From an uncultured Pelagibacteraceae bacterium (GTDB lineage Bacteria > Pseudomonadota > Alphaproteobacteria > Pelagibacterales > Pelagibacteraceae), in the NCBI GenBank assembly GCA_902589505.1, contig CACITE010000002.1:35740-99739 (forward strand): DNA of 64,000 bases, written 5' to 3'. Made by a program: the position numbers and the translations under genes. This document shows, one piece after another, positions 29,020 through 38,232 of this stretch. Position 1 is the stretch's first letter. The number at the start of each line of letters is the position of its first letter. A model generated the notes under the pieces. It had not been told where the DNA came from. It did not search any database and was given only the letters and a program-made list of their open reading frames with translations.

Positions 29020-29286
29020 GTGGAAATTGAGTTAAGGCTTTATGGATCATCTAAAATATTAAGCGATAAAGATGCGTTAAAAATTGAATTACCAAATAAC
29101 TCAAATATCGAACAACTAAGAGAAATATTATCTAAAATTATTTCTAAAAAACATTCTAAGAGTAACTTAAAAAATTTGTCAAAAACAGCAGCTTTCTTTA
29201 GTGACAAGAATGAAGTTGTAAATGACAACTACAGACTAAAAGACAAAGAATCTATTTCGATTATTCCTCCTATTGGCGGCGGTTAA
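29020..29286 (+). CDS. moaD: molybdopterin synthase sulfur-carrier subunit MoaD
   Basis: 88 aa ending in IGGG (ThiS/MoaD-type C-terminal Gly-Gly). GTG start; sits between moaA and moaE. Confidence 0.75.
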   Translation: MEIELRLYGSSKILSDKDALKIELPNNSNIEQLREILSKIISKKHSKSNLKNLSKTAAFFSDKNEVVNDNYRLKDKESISIIPPIGGG

Positions 29287-29747
29287 TGACCTTACATATA
29301 ACTCTTGTTAAAATAGAGGAAACAAAGATATCCTCAGACAAAGCAAAAAAATTTATTGCTTCGGAAAAAAATGGAGCAGAATGTATTTTTGTTGGAAAAG
29401 TTAGAAATGAAAATGCTGGAAAAAAGGTTACAGGCGTAACTTATGATGCTCACGATCAAGCTGTTATTAAATCTTTTCAATCAATTTGTAATAATGCAAA
29501 AGACAAATTTGATAAAAATGCTAAAATTTTTTTAGAGCATGTTAAAGGATATGCTCCTGTAGGTGAAATAAGCATCCTAATAGCAGTTGGGTCAGGGCAT
29601 AGGGATGAAGCTTTTAAAATTTGTAGATATATTCTTGAAGAAGTAAAACATGGATCTCCTATATGGAAAAAGGAACATTATACAGATGGGAAAGAAGAAT
29701 GGCTTCCAGGTCATTCTTTAAGACCAAAGAAAGAAATTAAATTATGA
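29286..29747 (+). CDS. moaE: molybdopterin synthase catalytic subunit MoaE
   Basis: GAECIFVGKVRN, HR.EAF and PIWKKE motifs. Confidence 0.85.
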   Translation: MTLHITLVKIEETKISSDKAKKFIASEKNGAECIFVGKVRNENAGKKVTGVTYDAHDQAVIKSFQSICNNAKDKFDKNAKIFLEHVKGYAPVGEISILIAVGSGHRDEAFKICRYILEEVKHGSPIWKKEHYTDGKEEWLPGHSLRPKKEIKL

Positions 29748-30646
29748 CAAAAAATAAAACTAACTCAGCAATTTTGATAGTTTTATTTGCAGGAATATTA
29801 TGGTCGTTTGGAGCTTTGGTTGTTAGATATATTGAAGATGCGCGCTCAATACCTTGGCAATATCTTTTTTTTAGGGGTGTAACTATTTTTTTAATTTTAA
29901 ATATTTATTTATTTTTCAAAGAAGGAAAATATTTTATTGACAATTATAAAAAAATTAATTTGTCAGTTGTTATAGGTGGATTAGGTTTTGCTACAGCTTT
30001 TATGGGTTTTATTTGGTCGATTACTCACACTTCGGCAGCCGTTACTCTTTTGATGTTAGCAGCGATGCCATTTATGACAGCAATTCTAGGATATATTTTT
30101 CTTAAGGAAAAAGTTTCTTTAAAAACTTTGATAGCAATTATTTTAGCAGCAGCTGGAATTATTTTTATGGCTTTTAACAACAGCCAAATAGGAACTTTAT
30201 TTGGTTTATTAGCTGGCCTCTTATCCGCTTTAGGTTTTTCTGTCGGCTCTGTTTCTTTAAGATGGAATAAAAGAACACCAACTTTTACAACTGTTTCATT
30301 AGCTGGATTATTTTGTGCAATTATTTCTTTTGCGATGATAATTATTAACGATACAAATGTTTTTACTACTTTTAGAAATTCTTCCCTTTCAGCATTGCAT
30401 GGAACTTTAGTATGTTCTGGCTTAATTCTCTATTCAATCGGTTCTAAAAATTTACCTGCTGCAGATCTTACTTTGTTGTCTTTGACAGAGGTTTTGGGTG
30501 GTATTTTCTGGGTTTGGTTGCCAATTTTAGGCATTAATGAGATTCCAACGACCAACACAATCATAGGGGGTTTTATCTTAACCTTTGCAATTCTTTTTTA
30601 TAGTTTAAACATTAAGAAAAATAGGCGTTTTATAGGATTAAGTTAA
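29744..30646 (+). CDS. DMT/EamA-family transporter
   Basis: Ten hydrophobic helices. Overlaps the moaE stop by 4 nt. Confidence 0.8.
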   Translation: MTKNKTNSAILIVLFAGILWSFGALVVRYIEDARSIPWQYLFFRGVTIFLILNIYLFFKEGKYFIDNYKKINLSVVIGGLGFATAFMGFIWSITHTSAAVTLLMLAAMPFMTAILGYIFLKEKVSLKTLIAIILAAAGIIFMAFNNSQIGTLFGLLAGLLSALGFSVGSVSLRWNKRTPTFTTVSLAGLFCAIISFAMIIINDTNVFTTFRNSSLSALHGTLVCSGLILYSIGSKNLPAADLTLLSLTEVLGGIFWVWLPILGINEIPTTNTIIGGFILTFAILFYSLNIKKNRRFIGLS

Positions 30647-30653
30647 AAATAAT

Positions 30654-30881
30654 TTAACTAGGATTTTTTTTTAAAAATTCAATATAATTGACAACTTCTT
30701 GAAACTTTGCATCTTCAATATCCTTATAACTTTTTTGAAATTTTGATTTTACACATATTGCAACATGCGCATAAGGATTTCTGCCTTTTGGATGGTTAGG
30801 ATGATCAGGCAATTGTCCTTTTAAATAATCGCCAGCTTCCTGTATGATTTTCCAGAGTTTACTTGTGTTTTCTTTGTTCAC
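30654..30881 (-). CDS. hypothetical small protein (75 aa)
   Basis: Only an ORF with a plausible ATG; no recognisable motif. Confidence 0.45.
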   Translation of the reverse strand: MNKENTSKLWKIIQEAGDYLKGQLPDHPNHPKGRNPYAHVAICVKSKFQKSYKDIEDAKFQEVVNYIEFLKKNPS

Positions 30882-30960
30882 TCTTCCTCTTTTCTTGTTT
30901 TATCTCTTCTGCACCCAGTCTGTACCCAGTTTAAGAGATGTTTTTAGTGAATTTCTATCC

Positions 30961-31956
30961 TTACTTATTATTCAAATTAACACTTATCAAACAAATTATT
31001 TCAAACATTATGGAAGCTGCGACCATTGAAGTAATATTATTTGGATTATCTTTGGTTGGCATTAAACAAGCAACATCTCCTCCTATTATATTTTTACCTT
31101 TAAGGCTTTGAATTAATTTTCTTACTTCATCAATATTAAAACCCTTAAAAGCTGGTTCGAGATTTGCTGTACCCGGAGCAACTGACACATCTAAACAATC
31201 CAAATCAAAAGTTACATAAACAGGTTTATCATCTAATCTATCCAAAATCATTTTTGAAGATTTTTCATGACCAAATTTTTTATATTCATCCATAGTTATT
31301 ACTTGGTACCCAATGTCATAACTTGCTTGCAGCCAATCCAAAGTTCTTGGATTTCCTCTAATACCAATTTGGGTGCTCGTTTTTGGATCAACATTTCCTT
31401 GTTTAACAAGATAAGAAGCCCAATGAGCTGCTGATTTTTTTGCCCCTAAAAAATGATCTAATTTTTCGTAACAATCAGTATGCGCATCAAAATGAACAAG
31501 ATTAACTTTTTGTCCTTTAGTGAGTTTGGAATTTTTTTTTGCTAAGCTTTGTAAAATTCCACCTGTTATTGAATGATCTCCGCCAATAGAAACAACTGGT
31601 TTTTGAGCTTCCTCTATATGATCATAAAAACTTGAAATTCTTTCTATACATTTTTCATTATCATTTGCTTCTGGAAAAGGCACATCTCCCAGATCGTGAA
31701 TTTTGTTTTGTTTCCATGGGTCAATGCCAAATTCAAGATGAGATCTTTTCAACATAGCTGAAATATTTCTTACAGCTCTTGGGCCAAGATGCTGATCTCT
31801 TTCTGTAGTTCCATTTCCGGTGCTATGCGGCACTCCTACTAAAGCAATGTCACAGTTTTTGGGATCGGGATCATTTTTACATCTAAATAAGGTTGGTATA
31901 CCCCACCAATATAGAGTTTCCATCATTAACTGATCTTCATCTGAAAATTTTTTCAT
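30961..31956 (-). CDS. ureohydrolase, agmatinase/guanidino-acid hydrolase family
   Basis: Mn-ligand motifs GGDHSIT, FDAHTD and TFDLDCLD. Confidence 0.85.
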   Translation of the reverse strand: MKKFSDEDQLMMETLYWWGIPTLFRCKNDPDPKNCDIALVGVPHSTGNGTTERDQHLGPRAVRNISAMLKRSHLEFGIDPWKQNKIHDLGDVPFPEANDNEKCIERISSFYDHIEEAQKPVVSIGGDHSITGGILQSLAKKNSKLTKGQKVNLVHFDAHTDCYEKLDHFLGAKKSAAHWASYLVKQGNVDPKTSTQIGIRGNPRTLDWLQASYDIGYQVITMDEYKKFGHEKSSKMILDRLDDKPVYVTFDLDCLDVSVAPGTANLEPAFKGFNIDEVRKLIQSLKGKNIIGGDVACLMPTKDNPNNITSMVAASIMFEIICLISVNLNNK

Positions 31957-31995
31957 ATTCCATAAAAAATTATTTTTTTTGTAAATTTACAATAT

Positions 31996-33772
31996 TTAAG
32001 AATCATTATTGTTAACTCTTTCAATGTTATTTAAAGTATCAATAGTTTTTGAAAATTTATAATTATTTTTTTGGTCAATTAATAGGGCTTTTTTACACGA
32101 AATATTGGTATTAATATTAATATAGTTTGCTAAATTAATTTTTTTATTCTTATCAATTAGCTCGTAATCAACATTTAATATTATTTCCTCCAGCGCGCCA
32201 TCATTACAATAAAGCTTTTTGATCACAAGGTTGTTATTATTAATAGATTCAGTTTGAATAATAATATTTTTTTTATCCTGCTGAATAAATATCTTTCCTG
32301 GCTCGTGAATGAAAAGTTTTAATAATAAATCGGCTTTATGATAAAAATTTTTTTCTGTAAAATAATATAAACCGGGTCCAAAATAATTATGGTGATCTAC
32401 AAAAAAATAATCTCCATATATTTTAGAATTTATTTTTTTTATCTGCTTTTCTCTTTTTTTAAAAAAGGAATCTAAAAAATCTTTTGATGATATTTTTAAA
32501 ACAGCGTTTCTATACTTCTTATAAAAATTGAGATTTATATCACCTTCCTGGTTATAAAAAATTTTGTACATATTATATTTAAAACCATGTGGGCATCTTA
32601 TGTTGTCTATTTCCGATTGTTCCTTTGTTAACCAGACACCATCTTTGACATTTTTTTTTATTATCGTGTAATTATTGTCTTCAAATCTTTTACAGCTCTT
32701 TGCTATCTCGAATGCTGAAGGACCACGCTGCCAAATAAGATTATTCCAATCATAATGCTTGCTATAATTTTGTATCAATCTATGTCCATCGAAAGGGATA
32801 GGTTCAAATTTGTTGATAGCGGGATTGTAATAGAATTTTAAATTTCCTAAAACTAGTGCGTGAAAATAATCATTAATGTCAGCTATTGCGTAAAACCATG
32901 CCCATTTGTCCATATCAAATATTTCATCTGAACTTATTTTATCATCAAAAAAATCTCTTAGCTTCTGGGAAGCTGTTTTACTTAATTCTATATTTTCTTG
33001 ATTTAACCAATATTTTTTATTGTAAACTTGAAGCTTTGCTTTTTTTATATCCGTGGAAAATTCATCGTGTATTGCAAGAATTGGTCCATTTTTTTCTTTT
33101 GTTTCTCTCCAAAAGAGGTTTTCCAAAACCTTCTTCAAAAACATATAGACCTTTGTTATTTCCATTTATTTTCAAATCGACAAATTCATATTTAAGTTTA
33201 ACAAGCCCCCCTTCACCAGCTAGTTCGTGAAAGATCCATTCATGAATATAATTTCTTGCTCTTGGTTTCATTAAAGAAAACTTTTTTGCACTAAGTATTC
33301 TATTTTCTTTTTTTAGATCAATTTTATAGGAAGAATATTTTTCTTCTTCAAAATGAATTTTTCTATCACCTTTTAAACGCAGATCTGCTCTATAAGATTT
33401 GTTTTTATAATTTATTCTGCTGGAAACTTCCAAAAAATTATAGTGCATTCCACCACCTGCTTCTTTCGCTGCATTCTTTCTATCATTCTCTAATATAAGC
33501 ATGTTGTCAAAATTAATACTGATATTTAATTTAGGAATTTTATAAAATTGCCCCCTGAGAGAGTAAAACCCAATTTCAAAAATATTTAAATAATGGTTTA
33601 CCGAACTTTTATACAATCTATTTAAAAAGGGATCTTTATATTGATTCCAATATCCTGTGTTAAAAAACAACACCGATAAAAAAAATAATACTACAAGAGA
33701 TACAAAAAAGTAGATTTTTAAAAAAATATTAAAATAAGATCTTTCTTTATTCATAGTGCTAATTTTATACAC
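31996..33772 (-). pseudogene. CotH-like (kinase-fold) protein with N-terminal TM anchor, interrupted by a +1 frameshift
   Basis: Two overlapping ORFs. The join ...KINGNNKGLYVFEEGFGKPLLERNKRK|NGPILAIHDEF... is restored by removing one base from T7 at 33089-33095. The SYKIDL, L....D.S and ING...GLY pattern resembles the CotH family. Confidence 0.65.
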
Positions 33773-33851
33773 AATTGAAAAATTATAAAGAAGAAAAATT
33801 ATTTATAATTTCATTTTTGACACAAATTAACTTAAAAGAATTGAGTATGTT

Positions 33852-35142
33852 TTATTTATTTTCGGTGCTTGATATATCAGCTCCAGTTGTTGGGTCAAGT
33901 TCAATTCCTAACGGAGTAATATTTCTTGGCAATGGAGTAAATGTCGATTCAGGGTTATCTTTATAACTTCTTTTGGTTATTCTATACAATCCAAAAAAAC
34001 CAATGATTAAATGAAAAAATAATAAATGAATAAAAAAACCATTACTTCCAAATTTATTCATTATCAAGGAGCATAAAAAAGGACCACCCATTGCTCCCAT
34101 TCCAAATATGATTTGCATTCCTGCGCCTGCGGCTACGAATTTTTTCTTTAGATATATAATCGTTTATATAAGCAAGGTTCAGGGTAAACATTGGAACAGC
34201 CATTCCCGCATATAACGCAATATATATATAAAACATTATTTTATCTAATCCAACGCTTGTTGCTAAATACATATTTTCTAGAGAAGTTCCAGATGCAACA
34301 ATACACATAAAAGAAAAAAGTGAAGCGGCGAACGTACTAAAGATAATAATTACTCTTCGATCAGTTTTGTCAGAGTAGTAACCGATTGGCCACTGAAATA
34401 TTCCTCCAGAAATTGTAACTATAAACAACACTAAAGAAATTTCAAAGAGAGTAAAATTCATTGAAGCGACATATACAGCTCCCAAAGAAAATAATGCTGA
34501 GTGAATTAAACCAGTGCAAAACATACTGAACGTGGCTAATGGAGAAGTTTTATATAAACCTTTTATATCAATGTTTCCCAATTTTTTAAATTTAGGTGCT
34601 TTACGTTTCGTAAGTAAAATAGGAATTAGAGCTGAGGATAACAATAAAGAAATTAATATGAAAGGTTCATACTTTTCGGGACTGCTAAAGTTTAATAGAA
34701 GAGTACCCAAAGCTAACCCTATCAAAGTTATAAACATATAAATGGATAATAATTGACCACGTGTTCTATTATTGGCTCGATCATTTAACCAACTTTCCAT
34801 AACAATAAAAATTGCAACAATACTAAATCCTGTTATGAATCTTCCCAATGTCCAGACTATTGGATTTACAAAGACAGCATGAAGTAAAATACTTAGCGAA
34901 GCCATCGAGGCAAAAGCTGCAAAAACTCTTATATGACCAACTTTTCCTACGAACTTTGGAATCGAATTTGCTCCAGAAAAATAACCTATAAAGTATCCTG
35001 ACATTATTGCGCCAGTTGCAATAAAGTTAAATTCTTCAATTACAGATCTAACTCCAAGTAGATTGCCTTGAAATCCATGGGCGACCATAAGAATAAAGTA
35101 ACCTGTAAAAAGAGCCCATGAATTTTTAAGTATTTTAAACAT
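33852..35142 (-). pseudogene. MFS transporter interrupted by a +1 frameshift
   Basis: The 362-aa ORF carries helices 1-10. Removing one base from T6 at 34140-34145 gives ...YINDYISKEK|FVAAGAGMQIIFGMGAMGGPFLCSLIM... joined to the 88-aa ORF. Confidence 0.8.
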
Positions 35143-35198
35143 AGAAATAGAAAGAGTGTAATTAAACTTTTGTTAAATGAAATGCAATTATATAATTA

Positions 35199-36056
35199 TT
35201 ATATTTTTCTTAAGGATAAAATAGAATGTATTCCAATTGTTAGTACTATAACTCCTCCACCCAAAATTGTTTCGAAACTAGGCTGCTCTTTAATTATAAG
35301 CCATACCCAAAGTGGGCCTAAAATAGTTTCAAGTAGAAAAAAAAGATTGACCTCCGCAGCAGTAATATATCTAGGCGCCAATGTTACTAAAACAAAGGGT
35401 ATAGCCACGCATATAATAGACATAATTGGAATAATGATTAAATCATCACCTTCTAATTTGATTGTATCAACAAACAATAAAGCTATTAGTGCAACCATTA
35501 ACTTACCTAACATTGCCGATGGAACTAAACTAATTTTTTTTGCAGATCTTATGATATTTGCACCAACTGCCAATCCCATAGCGGTAACTAAACCTAAAAA
35601 ATTTCCTAAAAAATCCCCAGCGTCCAAAGCATCATAAAAAATATAAATCACTGCTAACGTGGTAATTGCAATAGCCGTCCAGGTTTTTTTATCTAGGTTT
35701 TCTTTTAAAAAGATAAAACTAATTATAGCAGAAAGCATAGGTGCTAATGCAATCATTATCAATGTGTTTGCAACATTGGTGTTTTCAATTGAAATTACAA
35801 AGACAATATTTGTTATAGTAAATACAAAGGAGTAAGCAATTCCATGCCAACCATTACCGATTAATTCTTTTAATAATTTTGTTTTATAAATAATTATAAG
35901 TCCAAACAAAACTATTAAGAAAGGAATAATACCTCTATAAAAAATTAAATTCCATGAATTGGCATCAGCTAGCCTTATAAGAAGAGAGTCTGGTGTTATA
36001 AACATTACGGCAGTGAAGGCCAATAACATTCCTTTTTTTTGGTTACTAAACTGCAT
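35199..36056 (-). CDS. DMT/EamA-family transporter
   Basis: Ten hydrophobic helices. Its start overlaps the upstream gene's stop by 11 nt. Confidence 0.8.
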   Translation of the reverse strand: MQFSNQKKGMLLAFTAVMFITPDSLLIRLADANSWNLIFYRGIIPFLIVLFGLIIIYKTKLLKELIGNGWHGIAYSFVFTITNIVFVISIENTNVANTLIMIALAPMLSAIISFIFLKENLDKKTWTAIAITTLAVIYIFYDALDAGDFLGNFLGLVTAMGLAVGANIIRSAKKISLVPSAMLGKLMVALIALLFVDTIKLEGDDLIIIPIMSIICVAIPFVLVTLAPRYITAAEVNLFFLLETILGPLWVWLIIKEQPSFETILGGGVIVLTIGIHSILSLRKI

Positions 36057-37992
36057 AATTTTTTATAATAGATTTTAACTCATCCAAGTTTTTTATTTTA
36101 TTTGAGCAGGTTTGATTTTTACAAACAATTAAATAGTTTTCTTTATGATTTTCTTTATAAATTAAAGTAGAAGAATTTAAATAATTTTTTTTAACGAATT
36201 CTTGTAATTTTTTAATTTTATTAATATCACCAAAAAAAGTAAATGTTGTTAATTCTTCACATATGCCTAAATTTTTCATATAGCTTACCATCTGTGTTGA
36301 TTTCAAATTTAGAAATGAATGAAGACTTTGCATTAATTCTTTAGTCATATTTTGCCATTTGACATCTCCTGTAATTACTTCAAGTTTTTTACAATTCAAC
36401 AAAAATATACTGTTCCCATTTGGTATATTGCTGTCATTCAAGTCTAAGGGCGGAACAAAAAGATCATTATGTTTAATTGGATTTTTTTGTAGAACTTTAT
36501 GTTCTTTATCATAAAATAAATCCCATGTTTGTTGAGCAGCTTTTTTTGCATCATCTAAATAACTAGTTTTTCCAGTTGTTTCATAAAAAGTAATCATTAA
36601 TTGAGTAAGATATACATAATCATCAAGAAATACTTTCACACCATCTTTTTCTTTATAACAATGATAAATTTCATCTTTGGTAAGTTTTTTTATTAAATTA
36701 TAATTTAATATTGATAATTTTTTCCATTCTTCTTTATTAAAAACTTCAGCTACAAAAATTAATGTACTTATCCAATAAGCATTTAAATCAATTTGTGTTT
36801 TGTCATCAAAAAATGGTTTTGGTCTTTTTTGTCTTATATTTAAAAGCTTCTCTTTTATTTTTTTAAGTTTTTCGCTTTCATCTTTTGTTGGCTTAATATT
36901 TTTTTCTATTAATATATTTTTTCCTTCCCAATTGCCATTTTCAGAAATATCAAAATATTTAGCAAAAAGGCTGTAATCTTCTTTAAGTACAATTCTTAAT
37001 TCTTTATCGTCCCAGACGTAGTATTTTCCTTCTACACCTTCACTGTCCGCGTCATATGCGGAGCCCAGAAGATTTTCTTTGTTTTTGAATGAATTATTAA
37101 CAAATTCTACAGTTTGTATTAGTTTTTCTTTGTAATAATCGTTTGGTTCTTGGAGATAAAATTGTCCCAATAAATTTACAAATAAAATATTGTCATAAAG
37201 CATTTTTTCAAAATGTGGAACAATCCATCTGTCGTCTGTTGAATATCGAGCTATTCCTCCATGCAGATGATCATATAATCCTCTGGAACAAACATTATTA
37301 AGTAAAATTTTAACAGCATCATAAAATTTTTTATTTTTATTTTTTTTATAAAAATATAAAAAACTTTCAAATATGTAAAACTGTGGAAATTTTGGACTAC
37401 CTTGAAAACCTCCCCATTCAAAATCTATATAATTAATCATAGTTTCAAGATAAGGATTAAAATTCTGACCAATAACAGAAGATTTTTTTTGATCTTCTTG
37501 AAAAATACTTTTTATTTGTGTGGCTTGCTGAATAACTTTATCTTTATTTTTTTCGTAAAAATCAGCAACTTGTTTAAGAACATTTACAAAAGAGGGTCTG
37601 CCGTACATTTCCTTAGGTGGAAAATAAGTTCCACCTGAAAAAGGTACTCCATTTTCATCTAAAAACATTGAAAGTGGCCAACCTCCAGGTGTACCAGTTA
37701 AAATAGCTAAACTTTTTTGGAACACATTATCTAAATCTGGTCTTTCTTCACGATCTACTTTGATATTAATATACTTTTCATTCATTACAGCAGCGGTATT
37801 TTTGTCCTCAAAGCTTTCATGAGCCATGACATGACACCAATGACAGCTTGCATAACCAACGCTCAAAAAAATTGGTTTTTTTAATTCTTTTGCCTTGTTT
37901 AGAGCTTCCTTATTCCACGGGTGCCAGTGAACGGGGTTATCCTTATGTTGTTTGAGATAAGGGCTTTTTTCATTTTTCAATAAATTGCTCAA
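36046..37992 (-). CDS. thioredoxin-domain protein, YyaL/DUF255 (SSP411-like) family
   Basis: N-terminal NPVHWHPW...GYASCHWCHVMAHESFED motif followed by a long alpha-helical body. Confidence 0.85.
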   Translation of the reverse strand: MSNLLKNEKSPYLKQHKDNPVHWHPWNKEALNKAKELKKPIFLSVGYASCHWCHVMAHESFEDKNTAAVMNEKYINIKVDREERPDLDNVFQKSLAILTGTPGGWPLSMFLDENGVPFSGGTYFPPKEMYGRPSFVNVLKQVADFYEKNKDKVIQQATQIKSIFQEDQKKSSVIGQNFNPYLETMINYIDFEWGGFQGSPKFPQFYIFESFLYFYKKNKNKKFYDAVKILLNNVCSRGLYDHLHGGIARYSTDDRWIVPHFEKMLYDNILFVNLLGQFYLQEPNDYYKEKLIQTVEFVNNSFKNKENLLGSAYDADSEGVEGKYYVWDDKELRIVLKEDYSLFAKYFDISENGNWEGKNILIEKNIKPTKDESEKLKKIKEKLLNIRQKRPKPFFDDKTQIDLNAYWISTLIFVAEVFNKEEWKKLSILNYNLIKKLTKDEIYHCYKEKDGVKVFLDDYVYLTQLMITFYETTGKTSYLDDAKKAAQQTWDLFYDKEHKVLQKNPIKHNDLFVPPLDLNDSNIPNGNSIFLLNCKKLEVITGDVKWQNMTKELMQSLHSFLNLKSTQMVSYMKNLGICEELTTFTFFGDINKIKKLQEFVKKNYLNSSTLIYKENHKENYLIVCKNQTCSNKIKNLDELKSIIKNYAV

Positions 37993-38022
37993 TTTTGAAC
38001 CTTCAAGTTAATTAGATAATAA

Positions 38023-38051
38023 TTGACAATAATACATTAGAATGATTAAAT
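38023..38051 (+). promoter_or_regulatory. candidate sigma-70 promoter for the bhmt leader
   Basis: TTGACA (38023-38028), 17-nt spacer, then TTAAAT (38046-38051), placing the start just before the first aptamer. Confidence 0.35.
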
Positions 38052-38055
38052 TAAC

Positions 38056-38112
38056 ACTTAGCGCCGAGTTGAATCAGATTGCGGGCGCTGTATAAATCCA
38101 GCTAAAGCGACA
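38056..38112 (+). promoter_or_regulatory. SAM-II-class riboswitch aptamer candidate
   Basis: GC-rich hairpin GCGCC...GGCGC followed by CAGCTAAAGCG, resembling the SAM-II 3' AGCUAAAAAGC element. Its 3' 9-mer GCTAAAGCG is perfectly complementary to CGCTTTAGC inside the following terminator. Confidence 0.5.
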
Positions 38113-38119
38113 CTTCTAG

Positions 38120-38148
38120 ACCACCGCTTTAGCCGGTGGTTTTTTTTT
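38120..38148 (+). terminator. intrinsic terminator (expression platform of the first aptamer)
   Basis: 7-bp stem ACCACCG/CGGTGGT with a 7-nt loop, followed by T8. Confidence 0.8.
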
Positions 38149-38169
38149 GAAAATCTATTTCAAACAAAA

Positions 38170-38232
38170 ACCGGGTATTTAACCGAATTGTGCACCTGAC
38201 AATCGTCAAAGCACTAAAAACGGAGGGTAAAA
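38170..38232 (+). promoter_or_regulatory. SAM-V-class riboswitch aptamer candidate overlapping the bhmt SD
   Basis: GTGC...AAAGCAC TAAAAA CGGAGG directly before the ATG. This stem plus A-rich tail plus SD arrangement is characteristic of SAM-II/SAM-V pseudoknot switches. Confidence 0.5.

Noticed and set aside
35170-35637. 155-aa + strand ORF
   Set aside because: It is antisense to a clear 10-TM DMT transporter gene. Its composition mirrors the complement of hydrophobic codons.
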